This document shows, one piece after another, positions 28,863 through 38,458 of a stretch of 38,458 nucleotides of DNA. The notes beneath the pieces are model-generated. The model did no database searches. It was not told the origin of the DNA and worked only from the letters and a program-made list of their open reading frames with translations. Each line of letters begins with the position of its first letter. The first letter of the stretch is position 1. Origin of the DNA: Polaromonas sp. Its GTDB lineage: Bacteria > Pseudomonadota > Gammaproteobacteria > Burkholderiales > Burkholderiaceae_C. Position numbers and translations under genes: made by a program. The stretch spans positions 1 to 38,458 of the forward strand of contig JAYVEE010000109.1 in assembly GCA_043749005.1 (NCBI GenBank), written 5' to 3'.

Positions 28863-30380
28863 ATGTGCGGCATAGTCGGCGTCGTCAGTCAGGCGCCCGT
28901 CAACCAGTTAATTTACGACGGCTTGCTGCTGCTTCAGCATCGTGGCCAGGACGCGGCGGGTATCGTTACGCAGCAAAACCGCAAGTTTTTCATGCACAAG
29001 GCCAAGGGCATGGTGCGCGATGTTTTTCGGACCCGTAACATGAGGGCACTGCCCGGCAATGTGGGCCTGGGTCAGGTGCGCTACCCAACAGCAGGTAACG
29101 CTTTCAGCGAAGACGAGGCGCAGCCGTTTTATGTCAACGCACCGTTCGGTCTGGTGCTGTCGCACAACGGTAACCTGACGAATGCGGCAGAGCTTAAAGC
29201 TGAGCTGTTCAACACCGACCACCGCCACATCAACACTGACAGTGACTCTGAAGTACTGCTCAATGTGTTGGCTCATGAGCTGGAAAAAACCACGCGAGGC
29301 TTGCCGCTCACGCCAAGCGATGTTTTTGCAGCCGTGCGCGGTGTACACAAGCGTATCAAGGGCTCATATGCTGTGGTGGCACTGATTGCCGGCCACGGCT
29401 TGCTGGCGTTTAGAGACCCGTTTGGAATTCGCCCGCTGTGCATGGGCCATGGGCAAAACGAAGGCGGAAAAACCGTGATGGTGGCCAGTGAATCAGTTGC
29501 GCTTGAAGGCACAGGCCACGCGTTTGACCGCGACATTGCGCCTGGCGAAGCAGTGTACGTGGATATGGACGGCAACATCCATGCGCAGCAATGCGCTGAC
29601 AGCGCCTCACTGAACCCCTGTATATTTGAATTTGTTTACCTGGCACGGCCCGATTCCGTGCTCGACGGTATCTCGGTTTACCAGGCGCGTCTGAATTTGG
29701 GTGAAACACTGGCCAAGCGCGTGGTGTCTACAGTGCCGCCGAATGAGATTGATGTGATCATCCCGATCCCTGAATCCAGCAGGCCGAGCGCCACGCAACT
29801 GGCACATTTGCTGGGTATTCCCTACCGCGAAGGCTTTGTCAAAAACCGCTATGTCGGCCGTACCTTCATCATGCCAGGGCAGGGCGTGCGCAAAAAGTCG
29901 GTGCGCCAAAAACTCAACGTGATTGCCAGTGAGTTCAAAGGTCGCAATGTGCTGCTGGTTGATGATTCAATCGTGCGCGGCACCACCAGTCGTGAGATTG
30001 TGCAGATGGCGCGTGATGCAGGCGCGAAGAAAGTGTATTTGGCCAGCGCTGCGCCGCCGGTGCGCTTTCCCAACGTGTATGGCATTGACATGCCCACGCC
30101 CGATGAGCTGGTGGCGCACGACCGCAGCGTTGAGGAAATTAGGCGCGTCATTGGCTGTGATGCCCTGATTTATCAGGACGTGGCAGGCATGAAGCGCGCC
30201 ATCGGATCACTCAATAGCAAGCTCGATGGTTTTGATGCGTCATGTTTTGATGGCGTTTACGTCACAGGCGATGTCACAGCCGAAACCATTGCAAAAATGA
30301 ATGCAGCGCGTATTGATGGCAGTGAAGAGGGCGGCGTCGATGTGTCGCGACTCGCCTTGCCAAACCCACAAGAGGCTTGA
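28863..30380 (+). CDS. purF: Amidophosphoribosyltransferase
   Basis: MCGIVG (Ntn Cys), QHRGQDAAG and VDDSIVRGTT. Confidence 0.98.
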   Translation: MCGIVGVVSQAPVNQLIYDGLLLLQHRGQDAAGIVTQQNRKFFMHKAKGMVRDVFRTRNMRALPGNVGLGQVRYPTAGNAFSEDEAQPFYVNAPFGLVLSHNGNLTNAAELKAELFNTDHRHINTDSDSEVLLNVLAHELEKTTRGLPLTPSDVFAAVRGVHKRIKGSYAVVALIAGHGLLAFRDPFGIRPLCMGHGQNEGGKTVMVASESVALEGTGHAFDRDIAPGEAVYVDMDGNIHAQQCADSASLNPCIFEFVYLARPDSVLDGISVYQARLNLGETLAKRVVSTVPPNEIDVIIPIPESSRPSATQLAHLLGIPYREGFVKNRYVGRTFIMPGQGVRKKSVRQKLNVIASEFKGRNVLLVDDSIVRGTTSREIVQMARDAGAKKVYLASAAPPVRFPNVYGIDMPTPDELVAHDRSVEEIRRVIGCDALIYQDVAGMKRAIGSLNSKLDGFDASCFDGVYVTGDVTAETIAKMNAARIDGSEEGGVDVSRLALPNPQEA

Positions 30381-31597
30381 TGATGACATCCAGGAATTTA
30401 CCCGACAACCTGCACCGCGACACGCTGGCCGTACGCGTAGCACTGGAGCCCAGCCAGTATGGCGAAAACTCTGAAGCGCTGTACCTGACCAGCGGCTTTT
30501 TGCAGCCCGATGCTGAAACGTCAGCAAGGCGCTTTGCAGGCACGGAAGATGGCTACACCTATGGCCGCACATCCAACCCCACAGTCACCAGTTTTGAGCG
30601 GCGACTAGCTGCGATGGAGGGCACCGAAGCCGCCATTGGTGCATCGACGGGTATGGGCGCGATTTTGATGATGTGCATGGGCCTCTTGAAGTCAGGTGAC
30701 CATGTGGTTTGCTCGCGCTCCATGTTTGGCTCGACCATCAACCTGATTGGCCGTGAGTTTGGCAAGTTTGGAGTTGAAACAAGTTTCGTGTCGCAAACCG
30801 ATGTGGCCGAATGGAAAGCCGCGCTTCGCCCCAACACCAAGTTGTTATTTGCTGAAACACCGACCAACCCATTGACGGAGGTGTGCGACATTGCCGCTTT
30901 GGCCGACCTGGCGCACAGCGTGGGCGCTTTGCTGGCGGTTGACAACTGTTTTTGCACCCCTGCCTTGCAGCGTCCGATTGAGCTGGGCGCTGACCTCGTC
31001 ACGCATTCTGGCACCAAATACCTGGACGGCCAGGGCCGTGTGATGGCGGGTGCAATTTGTGGGCCTTCCAAATTGATTGTGGATGTTTTTGGCCCGGTTG
31101 TTCGCACTGCTGGCATGACATTGGCGCCTTTTAACGCGTGGGTGGTTCTCAAGGGTCTTGAGACGCTGGGTATCCGTATGCAGGCGCAAAGCGCTAACGC
31201 GTTAGCTATTGCGCAATGGCTGGAAAGCCAACCAGCGGTTGCGCGGGTTTATTACCCTGGTTTGGCATCGCATCCCCAACATGATCTGGCCATGCGTCAG
31301 CAATCAGGCGTTGGCGGCCCGGTGCTCTCGTTTGAACTGAAAGGCGATACGGCCGATGTTGCAAAAGCCAATGCGTTTCATGTCATCAACAGCACGTGCG
31401 TGGTCAGCATTGCCACCAATTTGGGAGATACCAAAACCATCATCTGCCACCCCGGCACCACATCGCATGGCCGTTTGACAGAAGAGCAACGGACGGCCGC
31501 CGGCATCAGTCAGGGGCTGGTTCGTCTGGCAGTTGGCCTGGATCACGTTGAAGATATCAAAGCTGATTTGCGGCGCGGTCTGGACAGTTTGAAATGA
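30380..31597 (+). CDS. metZ: O-succinylhomoserine sulfhydrylase
   Basis: [25 protein letters not shown] (PLP Lys) and [10 protein letters not shown]. Confidence 0.92.
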   Translation: MMTSRNLPDNLHRDTLAVRVALEPSQYGENSEALYLTSGFLQPDAETSARRFAGTEDGYTYGRTSNPTVTSFERRLAAMEGTEAAIGASTGMGAILMMCMGLLKSGDHVVCSRSMFGSTINLIGREFGKFGVETSFVSQTDVAEWKAALRPNTKLLFAETPTNPLTEVCDIAALADLAHSVGALLAVDNCFCTPALQRPIELGADLVTHSGTKYLDGQGRVMAGAICGPSKLIVDVFGPVVRTAGMTLAPFNAWVVLKGLETLGIRMQAQSANALAIAQWLESQPAVARVYYPGLASHPQHDLAMRQQSGVGGPVLSFELKGDTADVAKANAFHVINSTCVVSIATNLGDTKTIICHPGTTSHGRLTEEQRTAAGISQGLVRLAVGLDHVEDIKADLRRGLDSLK

Positions 31598-33015
31598 CAA
31601 CAAAAACGCGCACACGATTCGCACCGTCACCGACAGGTTTCATCCACCTCGGCAATATCCGTTCGGCACTGTATCCGTGGGCGTTCGCGCGTTCAACCGG
31701 CGGTGACTTTATTTTGCGGATTGAAGACACTGACCTCGAGCGATCCAATCAGGCGTCTGTTGATGTCATTCTTGAAGGTATGCGCTGGTTGGGGCTGAAC
31801 TACGATGAAGGCCCGTTCTATCAAATGCAGCGCATGGATCGCTACAAGGAGGTGCTCGGCGAGTTGCTAGCCGCCGGTCATGTTTACCCCTGCTATATGA
31901 GCATCGCCGAGCTTGACGTACTTCGCGGGGTACAAACGGAAGCCAAAGAAAAACCACGCTACGACGGCACCTGGCGGCCTGAACCCGGCAAGGTCTTGCC
32001 GGGTGTGCCTGAAGGTGTACGGCCCGTGCTGCGGTTCAAAAACCCTCAAGGCGGTAGCGTGGTGTGGGATGACAAGGTCAAAGGCCGCATCGAGATCAGC
32101 AACGACGAGCTGGACGATTTGGTAATTGCACGACCCGACGGCACGCCGACTTATAACTTCTGCGTCGTGGTTGACGACATCGACATGGCGATAACCCATG
32201 TCATTCGTGGTGACGACCACGTCAACAACACGCCGCGCCAGATCAATATCTTCAACGCACTCGGCAAAGATGTGCCTGTGTATGCGCACCTGCCCACCGT
32301 AATGACCGAGTCGGTTGACGAGCTGGGTGAAAAACATGTCGTGAAGATGAGCAAGCGCAATGGCGCCAAAGCCGTGACGCAATACGCCGCTGAAGGCTAC
32401 TTGCCCGATGCCATGGTCAATTATTTGGCGCGCCTTGGCTGGAGCCACGGCGATGATGAAATTTTCAGCCGTGAGCAGTTTGTGGCGTGGTTCAACCTCG
32501 ACCACCTGGGCAAAAGCGCCGCCCAATTTGACGAAGCCAAATTGCGCTGGGTCAACGCGCAACATCTCAAGGCCATGAGCGATACCGCACTGGCAGATGC
32601 TGTCAAACCCTTTCTCTCGCCTGAAGCATCAAAAAAATTAGATGATTCACGCATTGAGCGTGGCTGCGGTTTATTTAAAGACCGTTGCAGCACACTGGTA
32701 GAACTGGCTGCCTGGCTGCAAGTGCTCGTCAAAGCCGGTCAAGCCAGTGCTGAAGACACGGCGCTGCACGTGACCAATGCGGCACGGCCTGTGTTGGCCA
32801 TACTCGCTGAAGCGTTCGCGAGCTGTGAGTGGAATAAAGCAGGTATTGCTGCCACCATCAAACAAGCCCTGGCTCAGAGCGGGCTGAAAATGCCTCAACT
32901 CGCCATGCCCGTGCGTGTGCTGGTTATGGGAACACCGCAAACCCCTTCACTCGATGCGATTCTGGAATTGATGGTGCGTGAAGACGTTGTTGCAAGATTG
33001 ATAGCGGCCAAGTAG
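31594..33015 (+). CDS. gltX: Glutamate--tRNA ligase
   Basis: [20 protein letters not shown] and KMSKR. Confidence 0.97.
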   Translation: MTTKTRTRFAPSPTGFIHLGNIRSALYPWAFARSTGGDFILRIEDTDLERSNQASVDVILEGMRWLGLNYDEGPFYQMQRMDRYKEVLGELLAAGHVYPCYMSIAELDVLRGVQTEAKEKPRYDGTWRPEPGKVLPGVPEGVRPVLRFKNPQGGSVVWDDKVKGRIEISNDELDDLVIARPDGTPTYNFCVVVDDIDMAITHVIRGDDHVNNTPRQINIFNALGKDVPVYAHLPTVMTESVDELGEKHVVKMSKRNGAKAVTQYAAEGYLPDAMVNYLARLGWSHGDDEIFSREQFVAWFNLDHLGKSAAQFDEAKLRWVNAQHLKAMSDTALADAVKPFLSPEASKKLDDSRIERGCGLFKDRCSTLVELAAWLQVLVKAGQASAEDTALHVTNAARPVLAILAEAFASCEWNKAGIAATIKQALAQSGLKMPQLAMPVRVLVMGTPQTPSLDAILELMVREDVVARLIAAK

Positions 33016-33158
33016 AGTCAAGCTTTATTAAAAGTGGTTTTTCAGACTACTTTTTCACAAGCGTAATTTAGGCCTACACCTACGGGCCTATCAGGCAAGG
33101 CACAGATGTGGCGCCCAACGGTACATCTGCGTATTTTTCTGCCGCATTGCATAATGAA

Positions 33159-34718
33159 ATGATGCAGATCCATCGATTTCCGACTCAAATTATCGGCTTG
33201 TTAAGTGTTGTTTTGGCCTTGTCTGGCTGCGCTGCACCTGACCTGCCTGCCACAGCCGCTTCTCCTGTAGCGCGCACCGCTGCCGGAGACAGCTACTTGT
33301 GGCTTAACCGGCTAAGTTGGGGCGCATCACCGTCTTTTGTCGAGGCCCATGCCGCCAAAGGCTTTGACGCATATCTGACCCAGCAGTTGCGGCCAGCACC
33401 TGCAAGGCTGCCTGAAGCCGTTACGGTGCAAATTCAGGCGATGACGATTAGCCAGCGCCCCATGGTGCAACTGGTACAAGAGCTGGAGCAAAAAAACAAG
33501 GACGCGAATGCGCTCACCAATGACGATGAAAAAAAAGCCGCCCAGCAAACTTACCAGCAAGAGCTGAACCGCCTGGGTCGAGAAGCCGCCATGCGGCAAA
33601 TCTTGCGCGGTTTGTATTCATCGAATCAAATTCAGGAGCAAATGACCTGGTTTTGGTCAAATCACTTCAGTGTGTTTCAATTCAAAAGCAATATCCGTCC
33701 CATGCTGGGTGACTACGAGGACGTGGCGATTCGGCCTAAAGCATTGGGCAAGTTCCGCGATTTACTCAAAGCCGTTGCACTGCATCCCGCAATGATGCGC
33801 TACCTCGACAACGACCAAAATGCCGCTGGCCGCATCAATGAAAACTTCGCCCGCGAGCTGATGGAGCTGCACACGCTGGGGGTAGGCAGCGGCTACAGCC
33901 AGCGAGATGTGCAAGAGCTGGCTCGCGTGCTGACGGGTGTGGGTGTGAACCTGCAAACCAACAACCCAAGCTTGAAGGCTGACCTTCAAGCCTATTACGT
34001 TCGGCGCGGCCTGTTTGAATTTAATCCCGCACGGCATGACTTTGCAGACAAACAACTGCTGGGCCAGCCTCTTCACGCCAAAGGTTTGGCAGAGGTAGAC
34101 GAGGCGCTGGACCGCCTGGCCCGCCACCCGGCGACGGCTGCTTTTGTCAGCCGAAAGCTGGTGCAGTTCTGGCTGGCTGACGATGCACCCAAAGCCCTGG
34201 TTGACCGCATGGCGCAAACATTTCAGCGCACCGATGGCGACATCGCCGAGACACTTAAAGCACTTTTTACCTCGGCAGAATTTGCGCAAGGTGGAGGTAA
34301 AAAGTTCAAAGACCCGATGCGCTATGTGATGTCTGCCGTACGTATGGCCTATGACGATAAAACCATCCTCAACGTCGGGCCGATGTTGAGTTGGCTTAAC
34401 CGAATGGGAGAGCCCCTGTATGGCCGACAGACGCCGGATGGCTATCCGATGAACGAATCCGCTTGGGCCAGCCCCGGCCAGATGGCCACGCGCTTTGAAA
34501 TTGCCAAAGCCATTGGTACTGGCAATGCTGGCTTGTTTAAATCTGAGGGTGCAGTGCCTGTGGAGCGCGCGGCTTTTCCGCAGCTCAGCAATGCAGTGTA
34601 TTTTCAGTCGATTGCCAAAACGTTAAGCCCGGGCACTCGCAAGGCGCTGGAGCAAGCCACATCGCCGCAAGAATGGAACACGTTTTTACTGTCATCGCCT
34701 GAGATGATGACGCGTTGA
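33159..34718 (+). CDS. DUF1800 family lipoprotein
   Basis: Lipobox LALSGC; FWSNHF, YLDN and NENFARELMELHTLG. The start is approximate. Confidence 0.9.
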   Translation: MMQIHRFPTQIIGLLSVVLALSGCAAPDLPATAASPVARTAAGDSYLWLNRLSWGASPSFVEAHAAKGFDAYLTQQLRPAPARLPEAVTVQIQAMTISQRPMVQLVQELEQKNKDANALTNDDEKKAAQQTYQQELNRLGREAAMRQILRGLYSSNQIQEQMTWFWSNHFSVFQFKSNIRPMLGDYEDVAIRPKALGKFRDLLKAVALHPAMMRYLDNDQNAAGRINENFARELMELHTLGVGSGYSQRDVQELARVLTGVGVNLQTNNPSLKADLQAYYVRRGLFEFNPARHDFADKQLLGQPLHAKGLAEVDEALDRLARHPATAAFVSRKLVQFWLADDAPKALVDRMAQTFQRTDGDIAETLKALFTSAEFAQGGGKKFKDPMRYVMSAVRMAYDDKTILNVGPMLSWLNRMGEPLYGRQTPDGYPMNESAWASPGQMATRFEIAKAIGTGNAGLFKSEGAVPVERAAFPQLSNAVYFQSIAKTLSPGTRKALEQATSPQEWNTFLLSSPEMMTR

Positions 34719-34735
34719 TAGGTGAAGGAGCTTTT

Positions 34736-35920
34736 ATGCAGCGTCGTCATTTTGTTCAATCCTTGAGCGCAAGTGCGCTTGCCATCAGCACTGGTCAGTT
34801 GTTTGCAGCCAGCAGCAACACGCCCCGTTTACTCATTGTTTTTCTGCGCGGTGGCTATGATGCCGCCAGCCTGCTTATCCCAACCAGCAGTTCTTTTTAT
34901 TACGAATCGCGGCCCAACATTTTCATCGCCAAGCCCTCGGCTGAAATTGATTCAGCTTTGCCCCTGAACGCTGATTGGGGCCTGCACCCGGCGCTGCGCG
35001 ACACGATTTACCCCATGTTCAAAAATGGCGAGGCGGCTTTCATCCCTTTTGCGGGCACACCCAATATCTCTCGCAGCCATTTTGAAACGCAAGACAGCAT
35101 CGAGTTGGGCCAGCCGCTCGAACAAAGCAAGAATTACCGGTCGGGTTTTCTTAATCGTCTCGCATCAATGGTGCGCGGCTCTGATGGGATGTCATTCACA
35201 GATCAATTACCGCTGGTCTTTCAGGGTGCGACCCCGGTGCCCAACACGGCGCTCCGCTCGAATCAAAAGCCGTCTGTTGATAACCGCCAGAGCAGCATTA
35301 TTGCCAGCATGTACGGCAGCACGCCGCTGGCCACAGCGGTCAGTGAAGGATTTAGTGTGCGCAACGAGGTAATGATGGAGATGAAGGCCGAGATGGATGC
35401 AGCCAGCCGTAACGCGCTGTCCAGCAAAGGCTTTGAGCTTGAAGCCAGACGCATTGCCCATCTGATGAAGGAGCGTTACAGCATTGGCTTTGTCGATGTG
35501 GGCGGCTGGGACACCCACGTTAACCAGGGTGGCGCTACAGGTTATTTGGCTGGCAGGTTTGAAGAGCTGGGCCGCGGCCTGCAAGGCTACGCCCAAGAAA
35601 TGGGCGCACTGTGGAAGACCACGACGGTTGTGGTGATCAGTGAGTTTGGACGTACCTTTCGGCAAAACGGCAACCGCGGCACCGACCACGGCCACGGCAC
35701 CGCCTACTGGGTGCTAGGCGGCGGCGTGCGCGGCGGCAAGGTAGCAGGCGACGAGGTGCGGGTCGAGCAAAGCACGTTGTTTCAGAACCGCGACTTTCCG
35801 GTTTTGAATGATTACCGCGCTGTGCTGGCGGGATTGTTTACGCGCCAATACGGCCTGAACGCTGCGCAAAATGAACAAATTTTTGCAGGCAACAAGATTA
35901 AAGACCTGGGCTTGCTTTGA
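34736..35920 (+). CDS. DUF1501 family protein with a Tat-like signal
   Basis: MQRRHF, FLRGGYD, RSHFETQ, GGWDTH and SEFGR...GTDHG. Confidence 0.92.
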   Translation: MQRRHFVQSLSASALAISTGQLFAASSNTPRLLIVFLRGGYDAASLLIPTSSSFYYESRPNIFIAKPSAEIDSALPLNADWGLHPALRDTIYPMFKNGEAAFIPFAGTPNISRSHFETQDSIELGQPLEQSKNYRSGFLNRLASMVRGSDGMSFTDQLPLVFQGATPVPNTALRSNQKPSVDNRQSSIIASMYGSTPLATAVSEGFSVRNEVMMEMKAEMDAASRNALSSKGFELEARRIAHLMKERYSIGFVDVGGWDTHVNQGGATGYLAGRFEELGRGLQGYAQEMGALWKTTTVVVISEFGRTFRQNGNRGTDHGHGTAYWVLGGGVRGGKVAGDEVRVEQSTLFQNRDFPVLNDYRAVLAGLFTRQYGLNAAQNEQIFAGNKIKDLGLL

Positions 35921-35952
35921 GGCGCTATTTTCGGCTTCGAGGCCATTTTCAA

Positions 35953-36013
35953 TCATTAAAAAGTGTCTTTATCCCAATATATACTTGCGCTAGCTGCTTC
36001 TGTTTAAATAGCA
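35953..36013 (-). repeat. Dispersed element, copy F (intergenic, between convergent genes)
   Basis: Reverse strand: TGCTAT-TTAAACA-GAAGC-AGCTAGCGC-N13-GATAAAG. Confidence 0.8.
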
Positions 36014-36046
36014 ATTGCTAGTTGAAAAAACGTTATGTGATGAGTT

Positions 36047-37753
36047 TTAATTAGCCGCAGGGCGCACCGATTCAGCAGCATCGGCCACACTCCAAAACAA
36101 TCGGTTTGATGTGCCCAAACCTTGCGGGTCGAGCTGCTGCAGCAGGAGGCGTACCTGGTCTTTGACCCGCGCCAGCACCAGTTGTTGGCCCCTGGCGTTA
36201 AGGCTGACGCTCAGTTCCAGCAGGCATTCAAAGGACGTGCTGTCCAGGTCTGAGCTTTCTTCGAGGCTCAACACCACGGTATTGATGTCTGCTTGCCCAG
36301 CCTTTGGTGCAGCCATCAGGACGACCTGCCTGACCACCCGTTCGCTACTTGCAAAAAACAGCGGCTCTTCAGGCCGCAAAATCAGCACGCCAGCAACCGG
36401 TAACGCACCTTCATGGCCGTCAATCGTCACATAATTACGCGACGTACCCAACTGGCCAAGCGCATGCACCACCGGCTGGCTGAAACGGCGTAACGCGGCA
36501 ACCAGAGACAGCGCAATCGCCGCCAGCATGCCGTGCAATACGCCCAATACCAACACGGCTGCCACCGAGCCCACTACAAGTAGGCGGTCCCGGTTCATGC
36601 GCCACACCGCCAGCAAGGGGCCAGGCGACAGCGCATGCCACAGCGCGCTGATGACAGCTACAGCCAGCACCGGTCTGGGCAGTAAGTGCAACGCGGGCAA
36701 GGCCAACAGCAAGGCTGCGCCAATCACCAGCAGCGCCACTGCGCCCGCCCACTTGCTGGTCGCGCCCGCCGCCGCATTGGCCGACGTAGCAGAAAATCCT
36801 GCGCCCACTGCCATACCTTGAAGCAGGGCAGACGCTGCATTGCAGACACCCAGTACAAGTAACTCGCGATTGGCATCTAGCGGTGGGCTGGGTGTCCGTT
36901 CTGGATGGGCCAGTGCCATGGCACGCACACTGCCCCAAGACTCTGCAAACAGCAGCACCACCAAGCCAAAGGCAAGCTCGCCCAGACGCAGCCAATCGGC
37001 CCAAGGCAGCTCCGGCATAGCATATGCAAAGCGGGGTGGTGTGATGGCGCCGACCTCTTCAATGCCCATGGCTTTCAAGTCCAGTAGGTGCGCAGCAGCA
37101 ATCGACAGCACCATCACCAGCATGGAGGCCGGCCATTTGGGGAAGCGCCTGAAAACCAGCACCAGCACGCCTGCGCTGAGTGCCAGCAGCGCGCTGGGTA
37201 GATGCCAGTCGCGGACCTGGCCAAGCGCAAAGGACAGCACATGAAAGGGGTCGTGGCTTAAGGTGGTCGGCAGTCTCAAGCCCAGCGCATCGGGCAATTG
37301 CTTGATAACGATAGTGATTGCCAGTGCAAACGCAAAGGCCCGTAGAACAGGTCGCGACACAAAGGCCGACAACTGGCCTTGTCTGGCCCAGGCCAGCAGT
37401 GCCAACAGCCCGCCCGAAAGCAACACCAATGCCAGCAAGGCTTGCAGATATATGCCGCTGTCGATGGGTGATGCATCGCCTCCCGCACTGGCCGTGACTG
37501 ACACCACAGCTGCCGCGCACAAAGTGGCGCTTGACGAGGTGGGCGCGACGATGGCGAAGCGGCTGCCACCAAACACCGCGTAAATCGCCAGGCCCAGCAT
37601 GCTGGCCGTCAGCGCGTTGGCCACTGGCAGGTGAGCCAGCCCGGCATAAGCTACTGCCTCAGGCAGCAGCAGCCCGGCCACGCATAGCCCAGCGCCCACA
37701 TCGGCCCAGCGTGCCGCCAGATGAGAGGTTTCAGGCACGTAGTTGCCCGGCAT
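36047..37753 (-). CDS. SulP family anion transporter with STAS domain
   Basis: LPEAVAYA.LA, FGGSR, DANREL, and STAS-like PLFFAS...DLDST. Confidence 0.92.
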   Translation of the reverse strand: MPGNYVPETSHLAARWADVGAGLCVAGLLLPEAVAYAGLAHLPVANALTASMLGLAIYAVFGGSRFAIVAPTSSSATLCAAAVVSVTASAGGDASPIDSGIYLQALLALVLLSGGLLALLAWARQGQLSAFVSRPVLRAFAFALAITIVIKQLPDALGLRLPTTLSHDPFHVLSFALGQVRDWHLPSALLALSAGVLVLVFRRFPKWPASMLVMVLSIAAAHLLDLKAMGIEEVGAITPPRFAYAMPELPWADWLRLGELAFGLVVLLFAESWGSVRAMALAHPERTPSPPLDANRELLVLGVCNAASALLQGMAVGAGFSATSANAAAGATSKWAGAVALLVIGAALLLALPALHLLPRPVLAVAVISALWHALSPGPLLAVWRMNRDRLLVVGSVAAVLVLGVLHGMLAAIALSLVAALRRFSQPVVHALGQLGTSRNYVTIDGHEGALPVAGVLILRPEEPLFFASSERVVRQVVLMAAPKAGQADINTVVLSLEESSDLDSTSFECLLELSVSLNARGQQLVLARVKDQVRLLLQQLDPQGLGTSNRLFWSVADAAESVRPAAN

Positions 37754-38458
37754 CAAAGGCTATGTTGAAGGTGGCGGCATCTTGCGCAACCAGCACTGCG
37801 CAGCGGCTGACGGCCACCAGCAGTTTGGCCTGCCATTTTTTACGCTGCCCGAAAGCCATGAGAGTATCCGCATCAGCCGATCCCCCTTGGCCAGCACTGC
37901 GCAGTTGCGCCCAGGCCAGCATCTGGCCCATGGTGGCGACAGATGCCTTCAAGCTGTCGTCGCGTTTGTTTGTGGCGCTCAACACCAGTCGGTCCTGCTG
38001 GGGTTGCAGCTCGCGTAGTACAAAGGGTTTGCCGCCAAATTTAACCGGTGCCAGCAGTGCCACAGACACTGCCTGCATTCGGTGCTGCACTTTTACCACC
38101 CGTTGCGCTTCTGATGCCCAGGCAGGCTGCAGACTGGCAAAGTGCAGGGACAGACTGGAAGGCAGAGACTGTTTGAAGTCCAGCAAGTAGTGCCCATCCG
38201 CACCGCCCTTGCCCTGCACCAGCAGCGTGTAGCGTTCAACTCCCAAGCTCCCAGTACCCGCCACCCGCCGGACCACATCGAGCAACTTGAAAAACGCGGG
38301 CTGAGGCTGCTTCAAGGCAAATTTACCCATGAAAGCTGCCACGGCTTGATGCTGCGCTTGCGTTGCAGTCAACGTTCTTTTGCCGTCAATTTTAAGAAAC
38401 CGGCGTTTACCTTTGAGCTGGGTACGTTCACGTATGAAGGCGCTGCGTTGCCGCTCGT
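37731..38458 (-). CDS. DUF2252 family protein (5' end outside the window)
   Basis: DVVRRVAGTGSLGVERY, FVLRELQP and LAWAQLR; the frame stays open to the window edge. Confidence 0.85.
   Translation of the reverse strand, partial: ERQRSAFIRERTQLKGKRRFLKIDGKRTLTATQAQHQAVAAFMGKFALKQPQPAFFKLLDVVRRVAGTGSLGVERYTLLVQGKGGADGHYLLDFKQSLPSSLSLHFASLQPAWASEAQRVVKVQHRMQAVSVALLAPVKFGGKPFVLRELQPQQDRLVLSATNKRDDSLKASVATMGQMLAWAQLRSAGQGGSADADTLMAFGQRKKWQAKLLVAVSRCAVLVAQDAATFNIAFDAGQLRA

Noticed and set aside
31193-31206. GCTAACGCGTTAGC palindrome in metZ
   Set aside because: It has a 4-bp spacer and no downstream boxes, so it does not fit the element; probably chance.
32988-33050. Possible tenth element copy at the gltX 3' end (TGTTGC-AAGATTG-ATAGC-GGCC)
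   Set aside because: The left arm and downstream boxes are too degenerate to count without a PWM score. Similar weak matches near 6046, 8743 and 17031 were also excluded.

Overview
A 38.5-kb stretch of betaproteobacterial chromosome. Gene content and order suggest Comamonadaceae (Polaromonas/Rhodoferax-like); this is an inference. Most of it is housekeeping: glnS (cut by the left edge), uppP, rpsT, murJ, purM, an AI-2E transporter, hda, a HAD hydrolase, pcnB, folK, argG, ppnP, an ECF sigma/RskA-type anti-sigma pair, folC-dedD-cvpA-purF-metZ-gltX, DUF1800/DUF1501, SulP and DUF2252 (cut by the right edge). The accessory part (about 1.9-10.3 kb) is decaying. It holds two tandem, internally deleted prokaryotic pentameric ligand-gated ion channel (pLGIC) genes, a LytS/LytTR module with two broken members, and an alpha/beta-hydrolase remnant. 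The strongest unexplained signal is a dispersed ~60-bp element, TGCTAY-N7-RTAGC-WGCTHGCGC-N13-KMTRA, found at least 9 times. Four copies are intergenic. Five are written in-frame into genes that still look intact (LytTR regulator, histidine kinase, murJ, HAD hydrolase, folC), always in the same frame relative to the palindromic core. An orphan ParA-family ATPase also ends in an FtsZ-C-terminal-peptide-like motif. I saw no rRNA, tRNA, CRISPR array or transposase.
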